Below, piece by piece: positions 8,650 through 16,808 of a DNA stretch of 64,000 bases (positions are counted from its first letter, which is position 1; every line of letters begins with the position of its first letter). Source of the stretch: Acidimicrobiales bacterium (lineage in GTDB: Bacteria; Actinomycetota; Acidimicrobiia; Acidimicrobiales; VFJN01); assembly GCA_035641315.1 (NCBI GenBank), contig DASQUK010000244.1:45303-109302 (forward strand). The letters are read 5' to 3'. A model generated the notes under the pieces. It saw nothing but the letters and a program-made list of their open reading frames with translations, was not told where the DNA came from and made no database searches. A program made the position numbers and the translations under genes.

Positions 8650-10278
8650 GTGGCAGTGACGCCTCCTCCCCCGACCGGCCCGTCGCCCGCCGCCGGCCTG
8701 GCGGCTGGCGCGCTCCTGGGCGGCCGCTATCGGCTCGAGGAGCAGCTGGCGTCGGGCGGCATGGCGCAGGTGTGGCTGGGCACCGACGACGTGCTGCGCC
8801 GGGCCATCGCCGTCAAGATCCTCCACCAACACCTCGCCGATGACGAGACGTTCGTCGCCCGGTTCCGCCACGAGGCCATCGCCGTCGCCCGCCTGTCGCA
8901 CCCGGCCATCGTCAACGTCTACGACACGTGCAGCGACGACGGCATCGAGGCCATCGTCATGGAGCTCGTGCGCGGCCGTACGCTGCGCCAACGCCTCGAC
9001 GACGGGCCCATCGATCCCTGGGTCGCCGCCAACATCGCCGCCCAGGTGTGCGGCGCTCTGGCGGTCGCACACGCCGCCGGGCTGGTCCACCGGGACATCA
9101 AGCCGGCCAACATCCTGCTGTCCGAGGACGGCCGGGTGAAGGTGGGCGACTTCGGGATCGCCAAGGCGGCCGAGTCCGCCGACCTCACCCAGGAGGGCTC
9201 GTTCCTGGGGACGGCCAAGTACCTCGCGCCGGAGCAGGTCGAAGCGGGACCGGTCGACGGCCGGACCGACCTCTACAGCCTGGGGGTCGTGCTCTACGAG
9301 ATGCTGTGTGGGCGGGTGCCGTTCGAGGGCGACACGTCGTCGGCCACGGCCCTGGCCCGGCTGCACAGCGATCCCCCGAGGCTCCGCCTGGTGAAACCGG
9401 GCATCCCCCGTGAGCTCGAGTCGATCACGATGCGGCTGCTCGCCCGGTCGCCCGACGACCGATACCGCACCGCCACCGATGTGCGCGCTGCGCTGCTCGG
9501 CGCGGGCGCGGACGACCGTCCCACCACCGGCGATCCCACCATCACGCAGGCGGGATCCGACGCAGCCGGTGCCGGTGCCGCCACCACCGGCATCGTCGAC
9601 CGCCTGCCTCCGCCGCCCGGTGCGGTGCCGGCGCCCCCAGGCGCGCCGGGTGCCCCGGGCCAGACTCCGCCGGTGCGCTTCGCGGAGAGCGAGCGCCGCT
9701 GGCTCGTGCCGACGCTGCTGGTGGTGTTGCTGGCGGTGGCGCTGGGCGTGGCCGGGCTGCTCATCCAGGGATCGGGCACCGACCTGTTCGGCGATCCCGA
9801 CGACGGAACGGACCCGGCGGACGCGCTCCCGCCGGCCAACGAGCAGGTCCTAATCGCCCGCACGATCGACTTCGACCCGGCGGGCGGGGACGGCGAGCAC
9901 GCCGAGGAGGCGGCCGCCGGCGACGCCATCGACGGCGACGCGGGCACCTCGTGGAGCACCGAGGACTACAACACGCCGGACTGGGGAGGCCTCGGCAAGC
10001 CGGGAGTCGGCCTGATCCTCGAGCTCGACCAGCCGTCCGAGCTTCACGCCCTGCAGTTCGATACACCATCGGTGGGCTGGCAGGCCGAGGTCTACGTCGC
10101 CGACAGCACTCCCGACACGCTCGACGGTTGGGGCGAGCCGGTCGCCACGTTCCAGGAGAACGGCAGCGGCACCCGCACGGTGGAGCTCGACGAGAGCGGC
10201 GCCTCCGTGCTGCTGTGGTTCACGCGCGCCGGCGACGACGGGCAGGTCACGGTCACCGAAGTGCGGCTCCAGCGCTGA
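8650..10278 (+). CDS. Transmembrane Ser/Thr protein kinase with C-terminal galactose-binding-like ectodomain
   Basis: Hanks motifs present: AIAVKIL, HRDIKPANILL, DFGIAKA, AKYLAPEQ. A Pro-rich linker is followed by one TM helix (WLVPTLLVVLLAVALGVAGLLI). The ectodomain carries AIDGDAGTSWSTEDY...VGLILELD. Confidence 0.9.
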   Translation: MAVTPPPPTGPSPAAGLAAGALLGGRYRLEEQLASGGMAQVWLGTDDVLRRAIAVKILHQHLADDETFVARFRHEAIAVARLSHPAIVNVYDTCSDDGIEAIVMELVRGRTLRQRLDDGPIDPWVAANIAAQVCGALAVAHAAGLVHRDIKPANILLSEDGRVKVGDFGIAKAAESADLTQEGSFLGTAKYLAPEQVEAGPVDGRTDLYSLGVVLYEMLCGRVPFEGDTSSATALARLHSDPPRLRLVKPGIPRELESITMRLLARSPDDRYRTATDVRAALLGAGADDRPTTGDPTITQAGSDAAGAGAATTGIVDRLPPPPGAVPAPPGAPGAPGQTPPVRFAESERRWLVPTLLVVLLAVALGVAGLLIQGSGTDLFGDPDDGTDPADALPPANEQVLIARTIDFDPAGGDGEHAEEAAAGDAIDGDAGTSWSTEDYNTPDWGGLGKPGVGLILELDQPSELHALQFDTPSVGWQAEVYVADSTPDTLDGWGEPVATFQENGSGTRTVELDESGASVLLWFTRAGDDGQVTVTEVRLQR

Positions 10279-10332
10279 TCTACTGTTCCCAGCATCGCCC
10301 GAGACGCTTCCGACGCCGACGACCGCTCGCTC

Positions 10333-10899
10333 GTGGCGGCCGCGCAAGCCGGTGACCGCGACGCCCTCGACGCCCTGCTGCGACGCCATCACGATCGCCT
10401 GGGGGCCCTTTGCCGGCGGTTGACCGGCAACCACGCCGACGCCGAGGACGCGCTGCAGGACACGCTGATCGCCATCGCCCGCAGCATCCGCCGCTACGAC
10501 GGCCGGGCCGCGTTCACGACGTGGTCGTACCGCGTGGCAACCAACGCCTCCCTCGACGAGCTGCGGCGCCGGCGCCGGCGTCCCCTCCCCGAGGCGCCCG
10601 ACGCCGTCGCGGTCGGTCCGCTGGCGGACGGCCCCGGTGTCGGCGCCGCTGTGCCCTCCGCCGCCACCGCGGTGGAGGACAGGTTGGACATCGACGCCGC
10701 GCTCGCCCGCCTGCCCCAAGACTTCCGCGCCGCCGTCGTCCTGCGGGACCTGTGCGACCTCGACTACGCCGAGATCGGCCGGGTCCTCGGCATCCCGCCC
10801 GGGACCGTGAGGTCGCGCATCGCCCGGGGGCGTGCGCAGCTGGCCGACCTGCTCGGGAACCCGGCCGACGCCCCCGATCGTCCAAGCACGAGACCATGA
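10333..10899 (+). CDS. ECF-type sigma-70 family sigma factor (SigM-like position)
   Basis: Region 2 (DAEDALQDTLIAIARSIRRYDGRAAFTTWSYRVATN) and region 4 HTH (DYAEIGRVLGIPPGTVRSRIARGR). No canonical start lies upstream of GTG 10333 before the in-frame stop at 10276. Confidence 0.85.
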   Translation: MAAAQAGDRDALDALLRRHHDRLGALCRRLTGNHADAEDALQDTLIAIARSIRRYDGRAAFTTWSYRVATNASLDELRRRRRRPLPEAPDAVAVGPLADGPGVGAAVPSAATAVEDRLDIDAALARLPQDFRAAVVLRDLCDLDYAEIGRVLGIPPGTVRSRIARGRAQLADLLGNPADAPDRPSTRP

Positions 10900-11783
10900 C
10901 CACCCCCCGCGACCCCGACGAGCTGGCGTCTGCGCTGCTCGACGGCCTCCTGTCCGACGACGAGGCGGCCGCGGCCCGCCGCGACCCCGCTGTCGTGGCC
11001 CGGCTGGCCGAGCTGGCGGCGGTCCGCGAGGCGGTGGGCACGCCTCCCCCACCGCCCGACCCGGCATCCCGCGAGCGGAGCCTCGCTGCGGCGCTGGCCG
11101 CCTTCGACGCCGCCGACGGAGGCGAGACGGACGACCCGGCGGCGGCGGTCGCTCCGATGACCCGGACGAGGGCGGCGCGCTCCGCTGACACCTCATGGCG
11201 TGCCTCCGATCCAGGCCGCCGTGGCCGCTGGCTCACGGCTGCCGCGGTGATCCTCGTCGTGGTCGGTCTCGGGTTCCTTGCCCGCGACTTGGGGTCCGAC
11301 GGCGACAGCGACGATTCCGCGGGCGGATCGGCGGTGGAAGAGACCTCGAACGAAGCTGGATCCGCCGCCAGCGGCGACAGCAGTGAGGGCGAGGACACAG
11401 GCGGCGGCCAGGCAGAGGAAGCCTCGGAGGCCGTCGACCTGGGTGACGTCGGATCGCCGGACGCGCTGGCCGACCGGGCCCGCGCTTCGCTGCCCGAGGA
11501 CTCGGACGGCGCCGAGGCGGAGCAGTCCGGCGACGACGCCCCGGCAGAGGCTGACCAGGGGTCGGCTGTGGACGAAGATTTCGCCCGGGCATGCGAACCC
11601 GGCGGCGATCCGGCAAATGGGGGCGCGTTCGCGCCGGTGGCCGGCACCGTGGTGCTCCAAGGACGCGCGTCCCTCGACGGCCAGCCGGTCGACGTCTGGG
11701 TGGTCGACGTGGGGGGCGCACAGAGGCTCGTCGCCGTGGCCGCCGACTGCACGGTGGTCGTCGACCAGCCGCTCGAGAACTGA
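10896..11783 (+). CDS. Putative single-pass anti-sigma factor
   Basis: ATG 10896 overlaps the sigma-factor stop (ATGA). Short cytoplasmic N-domain, TM helix WLTAAAVILVVVGLGFLA, then an acidic low-complexity external region. The rest of ORF 10410..11783 overlaps the sigma gene out of frame. Confidence 0.6.
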   Translation: MTTPRDPDELASALLDGLLSDDEAAAARRDPAVVARLAELAAVREAVGTPPPPPDPASRERSLAAALAAFDAADGGETDDPAAAVAPMTRTRAARSADTSWRASDPGRRGRWLTAAAVILVVVGLGFLARDLGSDGDSDDSAGGSAVEETSNEAGSAASGDSSEGEDTGGGQAEEASEAVDLGDVGSPDALADRARASLPEDSDGAEAEQSGDDAPAEADQGSAVDEDFARACEPGGDPANGGAFAPVAGTVVLQGRASLDGQPVDVWVVDVGGAQRLVAVAADCTVVVDQPLEN

Positions 11784-11826
11784 TAGTTCGCCGATCACGG
11801 CGGGGACCCGCAACTAGGCTGCCGGC

Positions 11827-12213
11827 ATGGCTCAGGTCGGCTCATCTGTCCCGCGCAATCGAGACGCCACCACCCCGGCCCCACCGTCGGGGGACTGGGC
11901 TGCGCAGGCCGCCGACACCATCGAGCGGGTGGTCGGAGGCGTCCGAGACAAGACCACCGGGCCGGCGCTCACGGTGGCCCGGGGCGTGGTGTACGGCAGC
12001 TTCGCGCTGCTCGTGGGTCTGGCGGCGTTGGTGCTGGGCACGATCGCCGCCGTCCGCCTCGTCGACAACTACCTGCCCGACGCCGTCTTCGGTGAGGACC
12101 ACACCTGGGCGGCCCACCTCATCATCGGGCTTGCGTTCGTGATCGCCGGCTCGGTGCTGTGGATCCGCCGCCACGGATCGGGAGCGGAAGATCGGCCCGC
12201 CCAAGTGCGTTGA
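11827..12213 (+). CDS. Small membrane protein (two predicted TM helices)
   Basis: ORF 11827..12213 with helices VVYGSFALLVGLAALVLGTIAAV and AAHLIIGLAFVIAGSVLWI. No family recognised. Confidence 0.45.
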   Translation: MAQVGSSVPRNRDATTPAPPSGDWAAQAADTIERVVGGVRDKTTGPALTVARGVVYGSFALLVGLAALVLGTIAAVRLVDNYLPDAVFGEDHTWAAHLIIGLAFVIAGSVLWIRRHGSGAEDRPAQVR

Positions 12214-12261
12214 GGGAGCGGAGGCTCACTCTCGAGCCGCCATGACGCATCCAGAGGACAC

Positions 12262-13227
12262 ATGAGCAGCCGCAAGGTCATCGTCATCGGATCCGGTCCC
12301 GCGGGTCTGACCGCCGCCATCTACGCAGCACGCGCCAACCTCGAGCCCTTGGTGCTCGAGGGCGAACCGTCGTCCACCAGCGACCAGCCCGGTGGACAGC
12401 TGATGATGACCACCGAGGTCGAGAACTATCCCGGCTTCCCCGAGGGGATCATGGGCCCCGAGCTCATGACCCGGTTCCGGGAGCAGGCGGTGCGGTTCGG
12501 GGCCGACATCCGCACCGAGAAGGCGTCGCGGGTCGACCTGTCGGCCCGCCCCTTCGGCGTGTGGGTCGGCGACCCCGACGCGGCCGAGCCCACGTACCAG
12601 GCCCACGCGCTCATCATCTCGACTGGCGCCCAATCGCTGATGCTGGGTCTCGACCGTGAGGCCGAGCTCGTGGGCCATGGCCTCTCGACGTGCGCCACCT
12701 GCGACGGCTTCTTCTTCCGCGACCACGACATCGCCGTGGTGGGCGGGGGAGACTCGGCCATGGAGGAGGCCATCTTCCTCACCAAGTTCGCCCGCTCGGT
12801 CACCATCGTTCACCGCCGGGACGAGTTGCGGGCCTCCAAGATCATGCAGGAACGTGCGTTCGCCAACCCGAAGATCCGCTTCCTGTGGAACCACGTGGTC
12901 GACGGCATCGACGGCGACGCCAAGCTGTCCGGGATCACGGTGCGCAACGTGCTCACCGACGAGGTCACCCCGCTGGCGGTGACGGGGCTCTTCGTGGCCA
13001 TCGGCCACAAGCCCAACACCGACCTGTTCAAGGGCCAGCTCGAGATGGAGGAGTCGGGTTACCTGCTGACGGGCCTGGGCAGAGGGGTCAGCTCGACCAA
13101 TGTCGAGGGCGTGTTCGCCTGCGGCGACGTGCAGGACCACGTGTACCGCCAGGCCGTCACGGCCGCCGGGTCGGGTTGCGAGGCGGCCATCGACGCGGAG
13201 CGCTGGCTCGAGGCCCAGGGTCACTGA
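12262..13227 (+). CDS. trxB: Thioredoxin-disulfide reductase
   Basis: [19 protein letters not shown] motif, redox-active CATCDG, and [15 protein letters not shown] motif. Confidence 0.95.
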   Translation: MSSRKVIVIGSGPAGLTAAIYAARANLEPLVLEGEPSSTSDQPGGQLMMTTEVENYPGFPEGIMGPELMTRFREQAVRFGADIRTEKASRVDLSARPFGVWVGDPDAAEPTYQAHALIISTGAQSLMLGLDREAELVGHGLSTCATCDGFFFRDHDIAVVGGGDSAMEEAIFLTKFARSVTIVHRRDELRASKIMQERAFANPKIRFLWNHVVDGIDGDAKLSGITVRNVLTDEVTPLAVTGLFVAIGHKPNTDLFKGQLEMEESGYLLTGLGRGVSSTNVEGVFACGDVQDHVYRQAVTAAGSGCEAAIDAERWLEAQGH

Positions 13228-13330
13228 GGCTGGTCGCAGGAACGGGGCTGGGAACAACGCCGACTGCATCGCTGTTCAGCTTCGTGGTTCTTGGTTTAAC
13301 TCAAGTCATACAGAGGAAGGTCACCCAAAC

Positions 13331-13660
13331 ATGGTTGAAGGCATCACCACCCTGACCGACGCCACGTTCGACGAGACGATCGGCGCCGCGGCCGAACCGG
13401 TGGTCGTCGACTTCTGGGCCGAGTGGTGCGGACCTTGCAAGATGATCGCCCCGATCCTGGACGAGATCGCCGGCGAGCATGCGGGCAAGCTCAGCGTCGC
13501 CAAGCTGAACGTCGACGAGAATCCGGACGTCGCCCGCCGCTACGACGTCATGAGCATCCCCACGCTCATCGTCTTCAAGGACGGCGCGCCGCAGAAGCGC
13601 CTCGTGGGGGCCAAGGGTAAGGGTCAGCTGTTGGCTGAGCTCGGCGAGTTCCTGCCCTGA
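13331..13660 (+). CDS. trxA: Thioredoxin
   Basis: ATG 13331 is preceded by gaggaagg. WAEWCGPCKMIAP active site. 109 aa. Confidence 0.95.
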   Translation: MVEGITTLTDATFDETIGAAAEPVVVDFWAEWCGPCKMIAPILDEIAGEHAGKLSVAKLNVDENPDVARRYDVMSIPTLIVFKDGAPQKRLVGAKGKGQLLAELGEFLP

Positions 13661-13677
13661 ACCTTCACCACAGACGT

Positions 13678-13708
13678 AATCCACAACCTGTGTGCAAGGT
13701 TGTGGATT
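13678..13708. terminator. Perfect 12-bp stem-loop (aatccacaacct / aggttgtggatt, 7-nt loop) made of two inverted DnaA-box-like 9-mers
   Basis: Read directly, 18 nt after the trxA stop. The arms contain TAATCCACA and TGTGGATTG, the reverse complement of CAATCCACA. Confidence 0.55.
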
Positions 13709-13715
13709 GACTCGA

Positions 13716-13750
13716 CCCCAACTTGAGGACCTCCAACCCTCAGGTTGGGG
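13716..13750. terminator. 13-bp stem-loop (ccccaacttgagg / cctcaggttgggg, one G-U pair) between convergent trxA and parB
   Basis: Read directly. Lies 28 nt downstream of the parB stop on the minus strand and is followed by ttaagcggtttt on the plus strand. Confidence 0.5.
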
Positions 13751-13777
13751 TTAAGCGGTTTTCGGTGCCTGTACTTG

Positions 13778-14674
13778 TCAGCGGGTGCCCGCCATGACGC
13801 GATAGATGCGCTCGAGGTCTTCCAGGTCTGCAAACTCGATGACCACGCGGCCTCGCTTGGGACCGACGTTGATCTTGACCCGCGTCTCGAGCTGCTCGGC
13901 CAGCAGCTCTTCGAGCTCCAGCAGCCCCGGGGGTCGCAGCTTGTTCGCACCGCCCGCGCCACCTGCCGACGGGCTCGGTGAGCCCGTCAGGCCGTTGCGC
14001 TTGCGCACCGCCTCCTCCGTCTCACGCACGGATAGCCCATCGGCGGCCACGCGCCGCGCGAGGGCCTCCTGGAAGGCCCGGTCGGGGGTCCCCAGCAGCG
14101 CCTTGGCGTGCCCTGCCGACACCCGGCCCTCGGCCACGAGTCGTTGCACCTGCGGAGGTAGCTGGAACAGCCGCAGGAGGTTCGCGACCGCAGACCGGCT
14201 CTTGCCGACCTTGTGCGCCACCTCTTCCTGCGTCAGCTCGAAGTCCTCGACCAGCTGCTGGTAGGCGGCCGCCTCTTCGAGCGGGTTGAGATCGTCGCGA
14301 TGGAGGTTCTCGACCAGTGCGTGCTGCAGGCTCAGCTCGTCGTTGACCTGGCGCACGATCACCGGGATGAACTGCAGGCCCGCCCGTTTGGCGGCCCGCC
14401 AGCGCCGCTCGCCGGCGATCAGCGTGTAGCGGTCGCTGCTGAGCTGGCGGACCAGGATCGGTTGCAGGACGCCGAGCTCGCGGATCGAGGCGGTCAGGCC
14501 CGCCAGTGTCTCTTCGTCGAAGCTGCTGCGGGGCTGGTAGGGGTTGGGCTCGATCTGGTTGATCGGGATCTCTTCGACACCGGGACGCGCGCCGAGCCCG
14601 GCGGCCGTGGTCGATGTGACATCCGACGGGATGAGGGCGGTGAGCCCCTTACCCAGTCCGCCGCGGCGCTCCAC
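13778..14674 (-). CDS. parB: Chromosome partitioning protein ParB
   Basis: [11 protein letters not shown], the ParB box [15 protein letters not shown], and the [24 protein letters not shown]. Confidence 0.95.
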   Translation of the reverse strand: MERRGGLGKGLTALIPSDVTSTTAAGLGARPGVEEIPINQIEPNPYQPRSSFDEETLAGLTASIRELGVLQPILVRQLSSDRYTLIAGERRWRAAKRAGLQFIPVIVRQVNDELSLQHALVENLHRDDLNPLEEAAAYQQLVEDFELTQEEVAHKVGKSRSAVANLLRLFQLPPQVQRLVAEGRVSAGHAKALLGTPDRAFQEALARRVAADGLSVRETEEAVRKRNGLTGSPSPSAGGAGGANKLRPPGLLELEELLAEQLETRVKINVGPKRGRVVIEFADLEDLERIYRVMAGTR

Positions 14675-15572
14675 CGCTGACCTCCGTCGCCAGGTTCCGG
14701 TACGCGATCGAGCCGCGCGAGGTGGGATCGAACGTGATGATCGGCTGGCCGAACGACGGCGCCTCGCTCAGGCGCACCGTCCGGGGGACGATGCTGTGGC
14801 AGACCTTGTCGCCGAAGTGGTCCCGCACCTCGCGGACGACCTGGTCCGCCAGCTTGGTGCGGGCGTCGTACATGACCAGCACCATGGCGCTCAGCTCCAG
14901 GCCGGGATTCAGGTTGCGTTGGACGAGCTGCACGTTGCGAAGCAGCTGTCCGAGGCCCTCGAGGGCGTAGTACTCGCACTGGATCGGCACAATGACCTCG
15001 CTCGCAGCCGCCAATCCGTTGACGGTCAGCAGCCCGAGGGAAGGCGGGCAGTCGATCAGCATGTAGTCGTAGTCGTTGCGCACGGCGTCGAGCGCCCGCC
15101 GCAGTCGCATCTCGCGGCTGAACGCGGGGACGAGCTCGATCTCGGCCCCCGCGAGGTCGAGGGCCGCCGGAGCCACGAACAGGTTGCGCACCGTCGTGGC
15201 TTCCACGCAATCTTCGAGTGGAAGATCGTTCAAGATGACGTCGTACATCGAGGATTGCAGGTCGCGGATGTTGATGCCAAGCCCGGTGCTGGCGTTGCCC
15301 TGCGGGTCGAGGTCGACGACCAGCACCCGGTAACCCAACTCGGCCAGGCAGGCGCCGAGATTCACCGCGGTCGTCGTCTTCCCCACGCCACCTTTCTGGT
15401 TGGCAATGGCAATGGTCCGGGGCAACGGCCGTTCGAACGGGGAAGGGGAGACGGCCGCGGCCTCGTCCAGGTAGGGCGACTCCGGCGATTCCTCCCCGAT
15501 CGCCTGGTCGAGCTCTTCGTCGAGCACGGCCGATGTGGGGGGGCCGCCGACGCCGCTGTCTTGGGTGCTCAT
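14649..15572 (-). CDS. parA: Chromosome partitioning ATPase ParA (Soj)
   Basis: Deviant Walker A (IAIANQKGGVGKTTTAVNLG) and DCPPSLG. N-terminal extension of ~50 aa; start at ATG 15572. Confidence 0.9.
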   Translation of the reverse strand: MSTQDSGVGGPPTSAVLDEELDQAIGEESPESPYLDEAAAVSPSPFERPLPRTIAIANQKGGVGKTTTAVNLGACLAELGYRVLVVDLDPQGNASTGLGINIRDLQSSMYDVILNDLPLEDCVEATTVRNLFVAPAALDLAGAEIELVPAFSREMRLRRALDAVRNDYDYMLIDCPPSLGLLTVNGLAAASEVIVPIQCEYYALEGLGQLLRNVQLVQRNLNPGLELSAMVLVMYDARTKLADQVVREVRDHFGDKVCHSIVPRTVRLSEAPSFGQPIITFDPTSRGSIAYRNLATEVSGGAPRRTG

Positions 15573-15775
15573 CGCGGATGCTCCCAGCCTTTCGATGCCG
15601 GACGCACTCGATCCCCGGCAAGCTGAACGCGTTCATGATTGCGGCCGACTACGTCCTTCGCCCGCTCACCCGGCGCCATCTCGGGCGGGCCGTCGGCCAG
15701 AGCACATACTTTCGGCCCGCCAGGTCCCGGTCAAGCCTGGGTTTTCCCCGGCCAGGCTGCGCGTTTGCCCGAGGG

Positions 15776-15791
15776 TGTTCCACGTGGAACA
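15776..15791. other. parS-like centromere site TGTTCCACGTGGAACA
   Basis: Perfect 16-bp palindrome. Differs from the widespread TGTTTCACGTGAAACA at the two symmetric positions 5 and 12. Confidence 0.75.
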
Positions 15792-15828
15792 TCGCGGCGG
15801 TTCGTGTTGCTGTAGGGGCGTCCACGCG

Positions 15829-15880
15829 ATGGCGGGACTGTAGGAAACTGCTCTATGGCGGGACTGTAGGAGACTGCTCT
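15829..15880. repeat. Tandem direct repeat, 2 x 26 bp (ATGGCGGGACTGTAGGA[A/G]ACTGCTCT)
   Basis: Read directly in the parA-rsmG intergenic region. One mismatch between units. A third partial CTGTAGG lies just upstream. Confidence 0.8.
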
Positions 15881-16118
15881 ACTGGCGCGTTGGCCTTCCC
15901 CGCGCCCAAGAGATTGCCCAAATAGCCAATTCGGCGCCCAGAACATCAGCGTCGCCTAGCGCGGCACCGCTGCGTGACGGCCGGCCAACCTGCTTCTCCT
16001 TGCTCCAGAGCGTGGCTTGACCGCGGCAGCGGCTGGCGCTGACCCGTCCCTCCATTCGATCGTGTTCTTCGGGCCCATACGGCGCTCGGGCGCCGGCGGC
16101 CCGTGTCGCGCGTCCGTG

Positions 16119-16134
16119 TGTTCCACGTGGAACA
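16119..16134. other. parS-like site TGTTCCACGTGGAACA
   Basis: Identical 16-mer to 15776..15791. Confidence 0.75.
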
Positions 16135-16144
16135 CAGGGCGCCC

Positions 16145-16160
16145 TGTTCCACGTGGAACA
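16145..16160. other. parS-like site TGTTCCACGTGGAACA
   Basis: Identical 16-mer, 10 nt from the previous copy and 5 nt from the rsmG stop. Confidence 0.75.
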
Positions 16161-16165
16161 ACGGG

Positions 16166-16801
16166 CTAGAAGAGTGGCCGCTTGGCCGGGATCCCCGTGC
16201 GGCGGGGGTACTGCGGTGGGCAGGGCTCGACCTGCTGCAGCGCCTGGTAGCGATACTCCTGCGCCCACGACCGGCCCAGCGCGAGGCCCACGCGGGCCAG
16301 GCCGGCTGGCTCCCAGCGCGCAGAAGGGCCACCGCCCGCAACCATCACATCGTCGTCCAGCGGCGGCTCGCTGACCGCCAGGGTTCCGCCGACCCGTAGG
16401 AAGGGAGCGGCGCATTCCGCCGTGGTGGCCGGGCGCCCGAAGCCTCTCGCCACCACCAGGTCGAATCGGGCCCGCAGGTCCGCACGCCGACCCGCATCCT
16501 CGGCTCGAGCGCACACCACGGTCACCCGCTCCGCGAGGCCGAGAGACTGGACGGCCTCCTCCAGGAACGCGCAGCGCCGCTCACGCCCGTCCAACAGCAC
16601 AGCCTCGCTGTCCACCCAGCGCAGGGACAAGACCAAGCCGGGCACGCCGCCGCCGCTCCCCAGATCCAGGAACCGCGCTGGCGGCTGCTCGAGGCCCGCG
16701 GCGAAGCCGTCGGCGTGGTCGACATGGACGCGAACGGAGCCGGGCCCGAGGAATCCCAGGCTCCGGCTCCGCTCCAGTACGTCCAGCAGCGGCGTCACCA
16801 C
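16166..16801 (-). CDS. rsmG: 16S rRNA (guanine527-N7)-methyltransferase RsmG/GidB
   Basis: FLDLGSGGGVPGLVL SAM motif and the conserved position between jag and parA. Confidence 0.9.
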   Translation of the reverse strand: MVTPLLDVLERSRSLGFLGPGSVRVHVDHADGFAAGLEQPPARFLDLGSGGGVPGLVLSLRWVDSEAVLLDGRERRCAFLEEAVQSLGLAERVTVVCARAEDAGRRADLRARFDLVVARGFGRPATTAECAAPFLRVGGTLAVSEPPLDDDVMVAGGGPSARWEPAGLARVGLALGRSWAQEYRYQALQQVEPCPPQYPRRTGIPAKRPLF

Positions 16802-16808
16802 CGGCCGC

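Noticed and set aside
9850-11196. 448-aa minus-strand ORF antisense to the kinase 3' end, sigma factor and anti-sigma factor
   Set aside because: No motifs and extreme Arg/Gly/Pro composition. It is fully covered by plus-strand genes with clear signatures.
15829-15880. Tandem 26-bp repeat as a CRISPR array
   Set aside because: There are only two contiguous units with no spacer between them, no further repeats, and no cas genes in the window.
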